NCBI GenBank assembly: GCA_002245135.1
Contig: NGBS01000296.1
Location: 62,001-126,000, forward strand
Source of the DNA: Proteromonas lacertae
Taxonomy: Eukaryota
Direction: 5' to 3'
Length of the DNA: 64,000 nt
Part shown: one piece after another, positions 10,286 through 21,581 of the stretch
Position numbering within the stretch: the stretch's first letter is position 1
How the letters are laid out: each line of letters opens with the position of its first letter
Made by a program: the position numbers and the translations under genes
Notes under the pieces: model-generated
Database searches by the model: none
Told to the model about the DNA's origin: nothing
What the model saw: only the letters and a program-made list of their open reading frames with translations

Positions 10286-11662
10286 TTACCAAAATTCTTT
10301 TTTTTCATAACCATATTCACTAAAATATATATTTCCATTTTCAAAATATGGATAATTCAATGAAAAGCCAACTGTATTCTTTAATTCGTCTATTATTCTA
10401 ACAACATTACTAGCTCTAGTACCACTAAATGCAATGCAATGTAATGCTGTTTTAACATCAGCAATAAAATTAAATGTCATTTTATCTCCTTTATTTAAAT
10501 TTTCTGTATAATTATCATTTAATCTTTTAAATTTTAAATAATAAACATTAGAGTAATGCTTTTGAAAGTATTCTATCACTTCTGGATCATCAGATGATAA
10601 GTAAATTGGGATTTTTTTCTTAGTAATGGAATTAAATAACTTTACAGAATGCAAGTATTTATCTGATGTTAATAATTGCATTTCTTTATACTTATCTCCA
10701 TGTCTAACCCAAACATTAATACAACCAGATTCTAAAGCATTTCCTACTGAATCTTTTATCATTTCACTTACTCTGTTATTTGTCCTTTCATTCAGTCTGA
10801 AGATATATGTTGTTGATTGTATTCTCCAGTAAGGTAGTAGATTCTCTTTTGGAATGACAGAATTTGAAAGTAGTTTGCTAACATAGGGTGGTACACAGTC
10901 AATACAATTATATAGCATCCTTAGATATAAATATTTCTCTGTTTGAGAGCTGTTTTGATATTCAATAGTATTTATAAAAGCTGTTCTAGGTAATGAACAG
11001 TTGGTTAACGGTTCAAAAAAACATTCCCATGTTGTTATGTTATTACAGAACTCTCCAAATGTTTTTTTATTTTGGTAGAAAGGATCAAATACAACAATTC
11101 TGTTTATTGTAAGAGCTAATGCCAAATATGTACTGAGTACATGAATTTCAGATCCATGCCCTGTATCAAATCCGCTAATTATAAGAAATGACTTATTTTC
11201 ACAATTTTGAGGATTTTGATGTTGAAAAATATATTTTTGTACTTCATAGGTGTGCGATATAACATTTTTACTATTTGATTTGGTATTGGGTGTCATTCTG
11301 TAATATGATTTATGAGGAAACTCACCTTTTACACTAATAACCTTTTTATTGTTAAAATGATATAATCTGTTGAATATTATATTGTTTTTTCTTTTGTGAA
11401 TGTTGTAGATTTTCTTAATTGCAGTGCATTTGTTAGACATATTCAACTTATTTAATTTTTCCCACAAAATCCATCCATTATTTATTTTTGCAATGTGTGT
11501 AATGTTAGAAGGTTGATAAAAATTATTATCGCACTCACTAATATAATCAATAAAAGGATTATATTCATATTTATTAAATGAAATAAATATATAATTTATA
11601 GAAAAATAAAAGGGAAATAATAATAGAAATAAAGTAAAACATTGTTTAAAAGAGAATATCAT
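10286..11662 (-). CDS. GT23 / alpha-1,6-fucosyltransferase-like (FUT8/NodZ superfamily) type II membrane protein
   Basis: N-terminal TM; GHGSEIH, WECFFEPLTNC, motif I VWVRHGDKYKE, motif II IYLSSDDPEVI, motif III SGTRASNVVRIIDEL. Confidence 0.8.
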   Translation of the reverse strand: MIFSFKQCFTLFLLLFPFYFSINYIFISFNKYEYNPFIDYISECDNNFYQPSNITHIAKINNGWILWEKLNKLNMSNKCTAIKKIYNIHKRKNNIIFNRLYHFNNKKVISVKGEFPHKSYYRMTPNTKSNSKNVISHTYEVQKYIFQHQNPQNCENKSFLIISGFDTGHGSEIHVLSTYLALALTINRIVVFDPFYQNKKTFGEFCNNITTWECFFEPLTNCSLPRTAFINTIEYQNSSQTEKYLYLRMLYNCIDCVPPYVSKLLSNSVIPKENLLPYWRIQSTTYIFRLNERTNNRVSEMIKDSVGNALESGCINVWVRHGDKYKEMQLLTSDKYLHSVKLFNSITKKKIPIYLSSDDPEVIEYFQKHYSNVYYLKFKRLNDNYTENLNKGDKMTFNFIADVKTALHCIAFSGTRASNVVRIIDELKNTVGFSLNYPYFENGNIYFSEYGYEKKEFW

Positions 11663-11670
11663 TTTTTATA

Positions 11671-13524
11671 ATGAATTTTCGAAATGATATACAAGGATTG
11701 AGAGGTATTGCAGTGTTATTAGTTTTATTTTATCATTTATATCCACAAATATTATCAGGCGGTTTTATAGGAGTTGATATTTTTTTTGTCATTTCAGGAT
11801 TTTTAGTATGTTATTCAATTGAGAATAGAATAAAGACTCAAAAGAACAAATTCTATGTCACATTCTATTCTGCTAGGCTGAGAAGATTGTTACCAGCGTC
11901 TTTATTAACAGTTATTTTAGTTAGTATATATACATTTATATATGATTTCACATATTTCTCAGTATATAAAAATGATGCAATAGCAAGTTTATTGATATTC
12001 GCAAATTACAATTTTTATTTCCATAAGGTGGATTATTTTCATGCTGGTTTGAAAGAAAGTACTCTTCTTCACTATTGGTCATTATCGCTGGAAGAACAGT
12101 TTTACATTATCTCTCCAATTATTGTGTGGAGTGTATATAATCATATCAAAACTCTGTATATAGTTTTATCAGTTGTTTCTTTTATCATATCATTGTTTTA
12201 TGGTTATAGTGACTTGAAGAAAGCTTATTTCTTTCTTTCTAGTAGATCATGGGAGTTTTTATTAGGAGCATTGATAAGATATATTCCATACAATTCTGAG
12301 AATAAGAATAAAGTATTATCAAATGTTTCAATCATACTGTTGATAGTTATTTCTGTTTTTTATAGTGACAGAATAGTATATCCAAGTTATAATGCACTTA
12401 TTCCTGTGATGTTTAGTTTATCTACTCTTTATTCATCTCAAAAGAGTATTTTAATTACTAATAGAGTTATATGTGTCATTGGTAATCTATCATATTCTAT
12501 ATACCTCATACATTTTCCTCTTAAGACTATTATCAATACATCAATAGTATATTACTTTGGTGTATTAATAATATGTGTAATAATATCTTACAATGTTGTT
12601 GAAATCCCTTTCTATAGAGGGAGGTACATCCTGTCAAACAACTTAACATACATTATTTCAATTATTCTCATTTCATCTACATATATATTAATTATTGTCT
12701 TTAATAAACTTTGTAATTATATGCTCAAAGATTTAAAACATTACAGTAGTCCAGAATTGGTTGGAATTTTTGTTAAAGGTCAGAAAAATTATTGTTGCTT
12801 GAAAATTAATTCTACAATCTATCAATCAGCAATACTATTTATTGGAGATTCTCACATCGAACAATATATGATGGCAATAATTAATAGTGAATATAAAGAT
12901 AAATATCAATTAATTCATATGTACTTAGCACCTTGGGGAATTAGGAAAGATTCTGCACTTAACTATATCAAAAGCGTTTTATCCAACTATCATTTTAATC
13001 TATGTGTAATAGGTATGTATATGTATTCATCAGAAGAATTATATTCCATAAATCAAGCTTTAGCTCAGCAAATAACTTCACAGTGTAATAGAGTATTATT
13101 GAGTAATGATAATCCAAGACACACAAGTGATCGTTCATATGATAATCCAAAGCTATCTAATGATCCAAATTCATGTCTAAAAATCAATAAAAATGATTGT
13201 TATGGAGTATTAAATCAGACATGTATTATACCAGATAAGCATTCAAAACCAAATAATAGTAATATAGAAGTAGTTACATTTTGGGAAAACAGTATAATTG
13301 AAGAGAATAAATGTTTATTCTATTATAATGATTATCCAATATATGCAGATTACAATCATTTGAGTGTAATGTATATGAGAATAATACATAAAAATGTAGT
13401 TAATGTCATTACAAAATATATTGGATATGATAAAGAGTTTAAATATAATTCATCTTGTCCATATTTCCAACTTCCTCGCACATCATTTCTTTATAAAAAT
13501 ATATATGGTGAAACTTGTGTATAA
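11671..13524 (+). CDS. OafA-like AT3-SGNH O-acetyltransferase, copy 4
   Basis: FRNDIQGLRGIAV, GGFIGVDIFFVISGF, RLRRLLP, LLHYWSLSLEEQFY, RSWEF, GDSH, DYNH. Intronless. Confidence 0.94.
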   Translation: MNFRNDIQGLRGIAVLLVLFYHLYPQILSGGFIGVDIFFVISGFLVCYSIENRIKTQKNKFYVTFYSARLRRLLPASLLTVILVSIYTFIYDFTYFSVYKNDAIASLLIFANYNFYFHKVDYFHAGLKESTLLHYWSLSLEEQFYIISPIIVWSVYNHIKTLYIVLSVVSFIISLFYGYSDLKKAYFFLSSRSWEFLLGALIRYIPYNSENKNKVLSNVSIILLIVISVFYSDRIVYPSYNALIPVMFSLSTLYSSQKSILITNRVICVIGNLSYSIYLIHFPLKTIINTSIVYYFGVLIICVIISYNVVEIPFYRGRYILSNNLTYIISIILISSTYILIIVFNKLCNYMLKDLKHYSSPELVGIFVKGQKNYCCLKINSTIYQSAILFIGDSHIEQYMMAIINSEYKDKYQLIHMYLAPWGIRKDSALNYIKSVLSNYHFNLCVIGMYMYSSEELYSINQALAQQITSQCNRVLLSNDNPRHTSDRSYDNPKLSNDPNSCLKINKNDCYGVLNQTCIIPDKHSKPNNSNIEVVTFWENSIIEENKCLFYYNDYPIYADYNHLSVMYMRIIHKNVVNVITKYIGYDKEFKYNSSCPYFQLPRTSFLYKNIYGETCV

Positions 13525-14569
13525 AATAATTACAACCAAATTTAGAAATGTTCATAAGAGTTATTTATTTCCCCATAGCTATTCAGAACTTAATATATTG
13601 TTTTTGTTATTTATAATGCAAACAGTAAATATGTGTAATTCAATATATTTTATAGCTATGGGGAAAGTGTGATAATTGATTATTAATTCAAATATATTTA
13701 TTTAGCTAAAGAAAAAATGAAACTGACAAGCTTTTTAGAAAAGTTTGTATTTATTTTTTTGTATTTAAATTGTTTTATGATATGAAACAAATGTTGTATA
13801 AGTATATTTGAAGATAAAAAATAGTTAACTACTTGATATTTATAACAGATTTATGCTTAATGATATGTTTCTTTATTTGCCACTCAGATTAGTTTAATAG
13901 CCTTTAAATATTTATACTATGATAATAAAGTTGAAATATGTATATTAGCATGTTAAAATGATATTCAAGGTTTGACTTGCATATGTTTAAAATAGACAAT
14001 TATTGCCAAACACAGAATGGTTTTGCTAGAAAGTATGTTATAGCAAATCCATTAAAAGTATCATGTTTGAAATCCACAATATTGCTTGTCATTCAATTAT
14101 AGCACAAACAACTACAGAATCCAAATATTCGTATAATAAACACACCAGACATTTAAATCCAAGAATAGTGCAGCTATGTCCAAATTTTACAATTAATACA
14201 ATGGATGATATTTTAAAAAATAAATGAAAAATCAAATAGAATCAAGTCAAGCCTAATTTAGTTTTTTAATTATCGTTTTTTATGTTGTAAGTTATTTAAT
14301 TAATTTCGTTTTTATAATATTTATAATACTAAAAATAGTATCAATGTATTTTCCCAATTTCTTTTTTATTTGACTTAATTGTAAATAACTATCGACTAGA
14401 CGCATATTCAGCATTAAAACTTCGCTCTTCAATGAGCAAAAAAATAGTATAATAATCTTATTATGAAAAAAGAAGGTCATGGAATTATGATAGTAAATTC
14501 AAGATATACTATATAAGAAAGAAAGAAAGTTTAGTGTAAGTATAATTTAAAAGATGATTTTAAATATTT

Positions 14570-15424
14570 ATGTTATTAAATGTCCTTATAGTTGTTATTA
14601 TATTAATAATTGTTATACTGAATTTATTAATTCATTACAGGAGAAGAAATAAATGTGAAATATCTATGGTAATAAGAGCTGTTAATCCAACAATCAACCA
14701 ACAGAAAAGATATTTGTCGTGGATAAAAAAACTAGAAAAAATATATACATTTTGGATTATTACAAATTCTAAAACGACATTCAATTTTTCGTTTAGAAAT
14801 GTATTTAGAATTGATACTGATTTTATAATTCGAAGATATCCACTAATAAAAGATTTAAGAACACCTGGACATTGTAGACATGGAAATGTTCCTGATGAAG
14901 TATTTTATCCTTGGATTTCGCATACAGAGTCAATAATAGAGTGGTATAAGAAGTGTAAAGAAAAATATAAATATGTTTGGGTATTAGAACAAGATATTGG
15001 TTATAGTGGCGTTTTAAACAATTTTTTTAAAGTATATGATAAGACTGATTATGATTTTATAACATCTGAAATCACTCTATATAGTGATACATTATGGCCA
15101 CTTCTTCACTGTTGTACTGATAATTATACAAGATGGAGAATGATATATTCAAATAACTCAGTTGGATATTTTTCTAAGGAATTTGTTCAAAGATGGTCAA
15201 GTAGAATGATAAATAGAATAAGTGAGCTATTATCAAAAGGAATACATGCTATATCAGAAACAAGTGTTCCAGAGAGTGTTATTTTTTCAAATTATTCGTA
15301 TGTAATAATAGACAAAAAATATATAGGAGATTATTTCAGTTGGAATACACATGTTTCAGAAGAAATGTGGAATAAAATAGAGAATAAAACAACAAATAGA
15401 TTTTACCATTCATTAAAATTTTAA
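14570..15424 (+). CDS. Type II membrane DUF3405-like putative glycosyltransferase
   Basis: N-terminal TM; YKYVWVLEQDIGYSG, YDFI, VQRWSSRM, G-x3-SE and a terminal FYH recall DUF3405/GT-A-like proteins. Confidence 0.55.
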   Translation: MLLNVLIVVIILIIVILNLLIHYRRRNKCEISMVIRAVNPTINQQKRYLSWIKKLEKIYTFWIITNSKTTFNFSFRNVFRIDTDFIIRRYPLIKDLRTPGHCRHGNVPDEVFYPWISHTESIIEWYKKCKEKYKYVWVLEQDIGYSGVLNNFFKVYDKTDYDFITSEITLYSDTLWPLLHCCTDNYTRWRMIYSNNSVGYFSKEFVQRWSSRMINRISELLSKGIHAISETSVPESVIFSNYSYVIIDKKYIGDYFSWNTHVSEEMWNKIENKTTNRFYHSLKF

Positions 15425-16132
15425 ATGAATATTATTTATTTTATCATTTTTCTATCAATCTTAGCAACGTTTTTTATTTATAATATATTTTCTGTATTTG
15501 ATGTTACTACAAAAGAATGTCCCAATATAATTAATGTAACTAATGCTAAAAGTCAGTTTGGTCAAGATTTATTAATGTTTAGTCATTTCTTTCAAAATAA
15601 AAGAGATGGATTTTTCGTAGAAATGGGTGCTTATGATGGAATATGGTTGAGTAATACATATTTTTATGAAAAGAATTATAATTGGAAAGGATTATTAATA
15701 GAAGGAGGAGAAAATAACTGTAAAAAGTTGGTGAATAATAAGAATGTAAGAAAAAATTCAGAAATTGTATGTTCATTAATATGTAATTCTAATGAGACAG
15801 TATTTTGGCAAGGAGGAACAGGAGGAAGTATAGATCGTAATAATAAAAAAGATCCAAAGACAAAATGTTATAAGTTAGGAACTATTCTAAATTCTTACAA
15901 TGTAAAACATATTGACTATTTTTCATTAGATGTTGAAAGTGCAGAATTAGAAGTATTAATGACTTTCGATTTTAATATAACCGTATCTCACTGGATGATT
16001 GAAACTAATCATTTAAGTACAGAAGTTATGAAATCTATGGAAGATTTGTTGAAAAGTCATGGGTATTATAAAAATGATATATTTATATCACAATGTGATA
16101 CAATTTTTAGCCTTATAAATGAAAAGAAATAG
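15425..16132 (+). CDS. Type II membrane FkbM-family (Methyltransf_21) methyltransferase
   Basis: N-terminal TM; SQFGQD, FFVEMGAYDG-x3-SNT, NWKGLLIE, IDYFSLDVESAELEVL. Confidence 0.88.
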   Translation: MNIIYFIIFLSILATFFIYNIFSVFDVTTKECPNIINVTNAKSQFGQDLLMFSHFFQNKRDGFFVEMGAYDGIWLSNTYFYEKNYNWKGLLIEGGENNCKKLVNNKNVRKNSEIVCSLICNSNETVFWQGGTGGSIDRNNKKDPKTKCYKLGTILNSYNVKHIDYFSLDVESAELEVLMTFDFNITVSHWMIETNHLSTEVMKSMEDLLKSHGYYKNDIFISQCDTIFSLINEKK

Positions 16133-16241
16133 AGAATTTAGTTTTTGTTAATATGTCTTTATTAGTAAATGAATATAATTAATTTTGTTACATTTTTCTA
16201 ACCTTATTGTTATTATTTCTATTTTTATAACTAAAGGTAAA

Positions 16242-17821
16242 ATGGTTTTAATAACGATGAGAAGAATATATTGCATATTTTTATATAGCTTGATAATGAT
16301 AATTTTAATTATTACTACAATAAATTATATATACAAGTATGAAAATACACAAATAAGAAATTATTTATGTTCAAGTTTAATTGATAATGTTGAATATGAT
16401 TTTGATCAAGAATTGTGTAGATTACCATGTTATGCAGAGAATAATTATACAATTATTGTTAAATCAGATAATGAATCTTGTCCTTTAGTCAAACCATCCA
16501 TTTTAATACAGAATAATACTATATATGCGTTGATCAATACAGAAATATCACAATATATTAGAAATATAAAGAAATATAGAATTAGAACTAAATCGCTTCA
16601 TAAAGGAGAGTCAATTGCTTTAAAGTCTGAAGTGGTAAGAACCAAATCAAATTATACTGGAAAGGATTATGATTGGTATATCAAATTCATACCACAGCAC
16701 ATTGATAATAATATAAAGAGTGAAAAATTATCTGTAAACTTACTATTAATTGATGCAGTATCAAGATATGTTGCTAAAAAACAATTACAGGAAACAGTAA
16801 AGACATTAAAATCTATTTCTTCTCATTACTCTACTTATGAAATGTTAAGATATCATACTTTAGCTGCTAATTCCAATCCACATTATCCAACATTATTCTA
16901 TGGGGTAAATGAGACAGAAGGACAAAATATCAATAAAATCATATTTGAAGATTTTAAAGAAGAAGGATATAAAACTATAAATACTGTTCTGTTCGTAGAT
17001 CCATATGAAAAATTAACAGCAAATAATAATTATAATGGTTCTGATCATTATGTGAATTTCTTATGTGAAGATCCCAGATATAAGTATTACTATTTATGTA
17101 TCATTTGTTACATTAATAGTAATGTAGGAGGAGAAGGTCAATATGGTCATCATGCAAGATGTGTAGGTCATAAAGAGATTCATAAATATGCATTTGAATA
17201 TTTAAAAGAGTCTATTAAATATTATCATTCAAAGAAACAACCTACTTTTTCTGTATCAGTATTTCTAGAAGCACATGATTATTTATTATTATCACTCCCA
17301 AGAATTGACAAAGATTTATCAGATTATATAAAATTCCTTCATAAAGAGAGAATTTTAAATGATTCTATGCTTATTATTTTTTCTGATCATGGAATTCATT
17401 ATGGTCCATATAAAGCAACAAATGTATGAATAATATTTTATATAGTTGTAGTTTGGAACTTTAGATCATTCTCTTCCATTGATGTTTATGGTATAAAACA
17501 TTAATATATAAATAATAATAACTTGAATAGGTTTTTCCTAAATGGTTTTCAAAAAAGTATCCTGAAATAAATATGAATATGAAAATTAACCAAAATAGAT
17601 TTGTAACAGGATATGATTTACATTCAACATTATTTGATATTGCTCATTTTGGAAGTGTATATAAATACATATTATTCTATTAATAGAATTTAAGCAATAT
17701 TCAAAATAAGAGAGGAACTAGCTTATTTAACAAAATACCCAAAACAAGAAATTGTCATGAATTTCATGTAGTGTTTGGTTGTTCATGTAATATGACTCAA
17801 GAATATTTGAATATACCTTAG
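16242..17821 (+). CDS. DUF229 (alkaline phosphatase/sulfatase superfamily) type II membrane protein, about 4 short introns
   Basis: LLIDAVSR, IIFSDHG, NQNRFVTGYDLHSTL and GTSLF..IPKTRNC after splicing GT-AG introns near 17083, 17424, 17491 and 17657; TAG at 17819-17821. Confidence 0.75.
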
Positions 17822-18419
17822 AGTAAATCCATTAATCTATATTAATTTATAATTTAGTTAAATGTTTTTATAATTATAACTGTAATTAGTGTTTATACTA
17901 CTATATATATAAATCAATTACCATATTCCTCTTTTATTTTCACTTCTTAGACAAATTTGACTAAGTAGCATTATCAAAAGTTTCTAACATTATCAAAAGT
18001 TTAATTAAGTAGCATAAATAGTGCTGATATCACAACAATTCACTCTGAATGATTGTAAGTGTGAAAATATAGAAATACATGAAAATACATATCTATCAAG
18101 CCAAAAAGTTTGCCATCTTTCTTTCAAATTTTAATATCATTCTAAACTATATATTAAAACCCATCAACCATCGCTTAATTCGGTTTTACATAGAACGGTA
18201 TATATATAGGTTTTTATTTTGTTTATTTACATGATTTTATGATTAGAAACACATAATACAAAAGAGGTTAGCTAATAGTTAGTAGAAAGGTTTTACCGAA
18301 AGGTTATGACAGATTTATACAACCCTGATCCTTACATATAAAATCATTAATATCATTTATAATCGTTATACGAAATGTTATTTAACTCGAGTAATATAAA
18401 AAATGTAAAGATATATTAA

Positions 18420-20396
18420 TCAATTTATGTATGTTATTTCACTATATGTGAAATAGGATTTGTAATTGGTTGATAAAACCATAAAATACACTGGAATACC
18501 AATGTCAGAATGAACAACTATCATCTCATTTTTTTCAATGCAATAACTCAATTGTCTATTCTTCATATCAATTTCTATAGTAAATGTTGAATTACTATTC
18601 TTTAATTCTACAATATCATATCTTTTATTCTTTTTCCCTTTATTATCTCTTGTTGTACAAGCAGATACTAAGACATTATAGCCACTACATTTGAAGGAGT
18701 ATTTTCCTTCGCTATATTCGTCAAATACAATATAATCATCAGTAAAAGGAAAATCAACTCTTTTTATACTTCCATCCAATTTTATTTGTCTATTAGATTT
18801 ATATCCACTATGAAACATATAATCACATGTTCTTTTAACATCATTATTACTATTTATTGAAATATCCATCAATACAAAGCCATTATCATTCTCACATGTA
18901 ATACAATACTTCTTATTTACATTTTTCTTTAGTATTAAATCACCTGTATATTTATCACATTCTATTTCTGAATTGTTATTGCAATTTATTGAAAATTCAC
19001 ATCCTTCTCCAATAAATCCACTTTCTATAATCAATGGGATTGAATTGAGTTTACAATTAATATTTTCATATCCAAAATAGATTGGTGGAAGTTTTCTTGA
19101 ATTATTACTCACCACTTTTCTCATTAACATATTCTTATTGGTTGATTTGAATATGTAGAAGAGTTGTTTACAGAATGAATGACATTTTGGTAAAAACAGA
19201 TCAAAATCATCAAAGATATATGGATCATTACATTTCAGTTTGATTAATGGAATTAATTCGACTATTGATAGTATAATAAACATAATATTATATATATACT
19301 ATCATTGCAAATGAATAGCAATGCTTTCTTTATTGATTTCTTTGTATAATTCAGTGTTTCTTTAGTATATTCTGATGAAGCTAAATCAAGTATTTCATTT
19401 CCTACTTCGCTTGCTATTGTAATATAGTAAAATATGTCATTAATATATACCATCATATTTCAAGTTAAAATCGTTGATTAAATTTACAGTATTTGATAGT
19501 ATTAATATACATTTATTTCTTAACAATTCAGGCACAAACTCTTCTAAATTCATTTTTTGTTTCTTTATATCGTTAGTATAATAGTCTTCATCTTTTAACC
19601 ATTTGTTATACTTTATATTGTGAGATAAACAGTAAAAGAAAAATAATTCGTTAAATTTTGCATTCTTTGTTGGTTTTGGATCAATGTATAATCTTTTGTA
19701 TTTTGTTTTTTTATTTAACACTAACTCTTTCAATTCATTTATTTCATTATCCTTTGAATTGCTATTTCTCTTTCTTTTCTTTGGCATGTTATCATCGATT
19801 TTCTTTAGTTGTTCTATTATATATTCATCACTTTTAACTACTAAATTATTAATTGATATTAAATATTTCAACATTTCTATATTGTTATTCATCAACATTG
19901 AATCATCTAATAGTTTATATCCATATATCTTCATATAATCTGTGAATATTATCTTTAAGTCATCTAAAACCTTTGTAGATGGAATTTTATTGAATATTTC
20001 TTGAATTAATAATAAATTCATGTTAGACTTCAAGTATTCTTTACACATCCACGCTAATTATGACTCATCATAACAAATGCTCACTATTAGCACATCTATC
20101 ACATTACTTTCATTTATTTCTACTATTCCATACCCGTAATATCTCATTAATACCTTAAATCCTACTTTCGTTACATTTTCACTAATTTTTATCTCTCTTT
20201 CTCGTTTTTCATCTTCCATAAGTTTACGAAGAGTTTCATTCTTTTCTTTAACCAAATAAGAAACACAAGGAATTTTTTCATCTTCTACAACAAATACATC
20301 ATCACTAAATCCTTTTTCTACTAAATAATATATCAGACCATCTTCAGGAACAGGCAAAGTATATTTATTGTTGCTCAATACTATTATTTTTGACAT
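18420..20396 (-). pseudogene. BTB/POZ + C-terminal SPRY-like protein with one in-frame TAA (pseudogene or base error)
   Basis: BTB-like SDDVFVVEDEKIPC...GFKVLMRYYGYG...CYDES*LAWMCKEYL is continuous in frame across TAA 20058-20060; two GT-AG introns join the downstream ORFs; SPRY-like IEIDMKNRQLSY...IPVYFMV. Confidence 0.6.
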
Positions 20397-20630
20397 TTTA
20401 AGTATTCAAAAATTATATTCGTTACACTCATTTTTTGTAAAATTCACAAAACGATGAATATTAATTAAAAATCAATTTGGATTAAACGCATTGATATGAT
20501 GTGTTTTTATTTCTTAGAAAAGAAAACCTTGTATTATTCACTTAAAAAATGTGAAAAGATATTTTTATATAAGCTTGAATATCTGTTTGTTTCTTTTTGA
20601 TTTTTATTCTTCGATTTTAGAATTAAGCAG

Positions 20631-21404
20631 ATGTCCTATTTATTTTTGTTACTTTTAATAATAGTTGCATCATCATTAATTATAATTGGATTGAATTATA
20701 ATAGCATTTTTTATGGTTCTGAAGCTATTCCTTTTGCAAAAGATAGATCGCCACAGTATCATTCTTCTTCAGTTCCATATCAGCCTAAACAAGAAGATAG
20801 TATTAAATTTAGTACAATTGCTCCTCATTTTGAAAATGAGAACATGAAGACGTTTATAGAAACCTTATATGCTGAGCATTATTCGTTAAGCAATGGAAAG
20901 TTTGTAGAAATATGTAGTATTGAAGGTGAAAGTAATAGTATTACTTTAGATTTAGAAGATAAATATAATTGGTCAGGTTTATTATTACAAGTAAATAATG
21001 AAAAGTATGAAAATCTAATAAAAGATGAAAAGAGAAAAAAAAGTGTTATACTAAATACAGCAATATGTAAAAATGAAGAAAAAATGGATATAAAACAAAT
21101 CACAAACATACCTTGTAAAAATTTATTAAATATCCTTGCAGATTATACTATAAAACAAATATCATTGTTTATATTGGGAATTGAAGATAAAAGAAAGGAA
21201 ATAGTCGAAAATATCGATTTTTCAAAGATTGCAATTAATTTTATGTTGTTGAAAATAAATGCAAAAGTTGAAAATACTGAAGATAATGAAATTAGAGGAA
21301 TATTGAAAAATGTCGGTTACAAATTGAAGACAAAGAATGATGAGTATGAGTTATGGCAAAATCCGTCAATATATTATGGTGAACACAAGATAATGGGAAA
21401 TTAA
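20631..21404 (+). CDS. Degenerate FkbM-like type II membrane protein
   Basis: KFVEI...SITLDLEDKYNWSGLLL aligns by eye to 15425-16132, but the GAxDG SAM-binding loop reads CSIEG. Confidence 0.65.
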   Translation: MSYLFLLLLIIVASSLIIIGLNYNSIFYGSEAIPFAKDRSPQYHSSSVPYQPKQEDSIKFSTIAPHFENENMKTFIETLYAEHYSLSNGKFVEICSIEGESNSITLDLEDKYNWSGLLLQVNNEKYENLIKDEKRKKSVILNTAICKNEEKMDIKQITNIPCKNLLNILADYTIKQISLFILGIEDKRKEIVENIDFSKIAINFMLLKINAKVENTEDNEIRGILKNVGYKLKTKNDEYELWQNPSIYYGEHKIMGN

Positions 21405-21581
21405 GAATGATTGTAGATTTGTATTAATGATTGTTAAATTATTTATAGAAATATGTGAATATTATGTAGTTTGATTTTTTTAGAGTAATTATGTTTAGAA
21501 TATTTATAAAAATGACAATTTATGATAACCATCAACGACTATATTTTTCTAATTGTTCCAATTATATTTTCTTTCTAAACA

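Noticed and set aside
13968..14254. 12-nt complementary ends (aggtttgacttg / caagtcaagcct) with an internal hairpin, possible ncRNA or MITE
   Set aside because: No TSD and no SRP, RNase P or MRP motif; a match this short is plausible by chance.
17963..18015. Short direct repeat cattatcaaaagttt x2
   Set aside because: Two copies only; looks like a local slippage duplication.
18300..18347. GTAAGGA on the minus strand suggesting U12 snRNA
   Set aside because: No U12-like 5' end, Sm site or 3' stem-loop around it.
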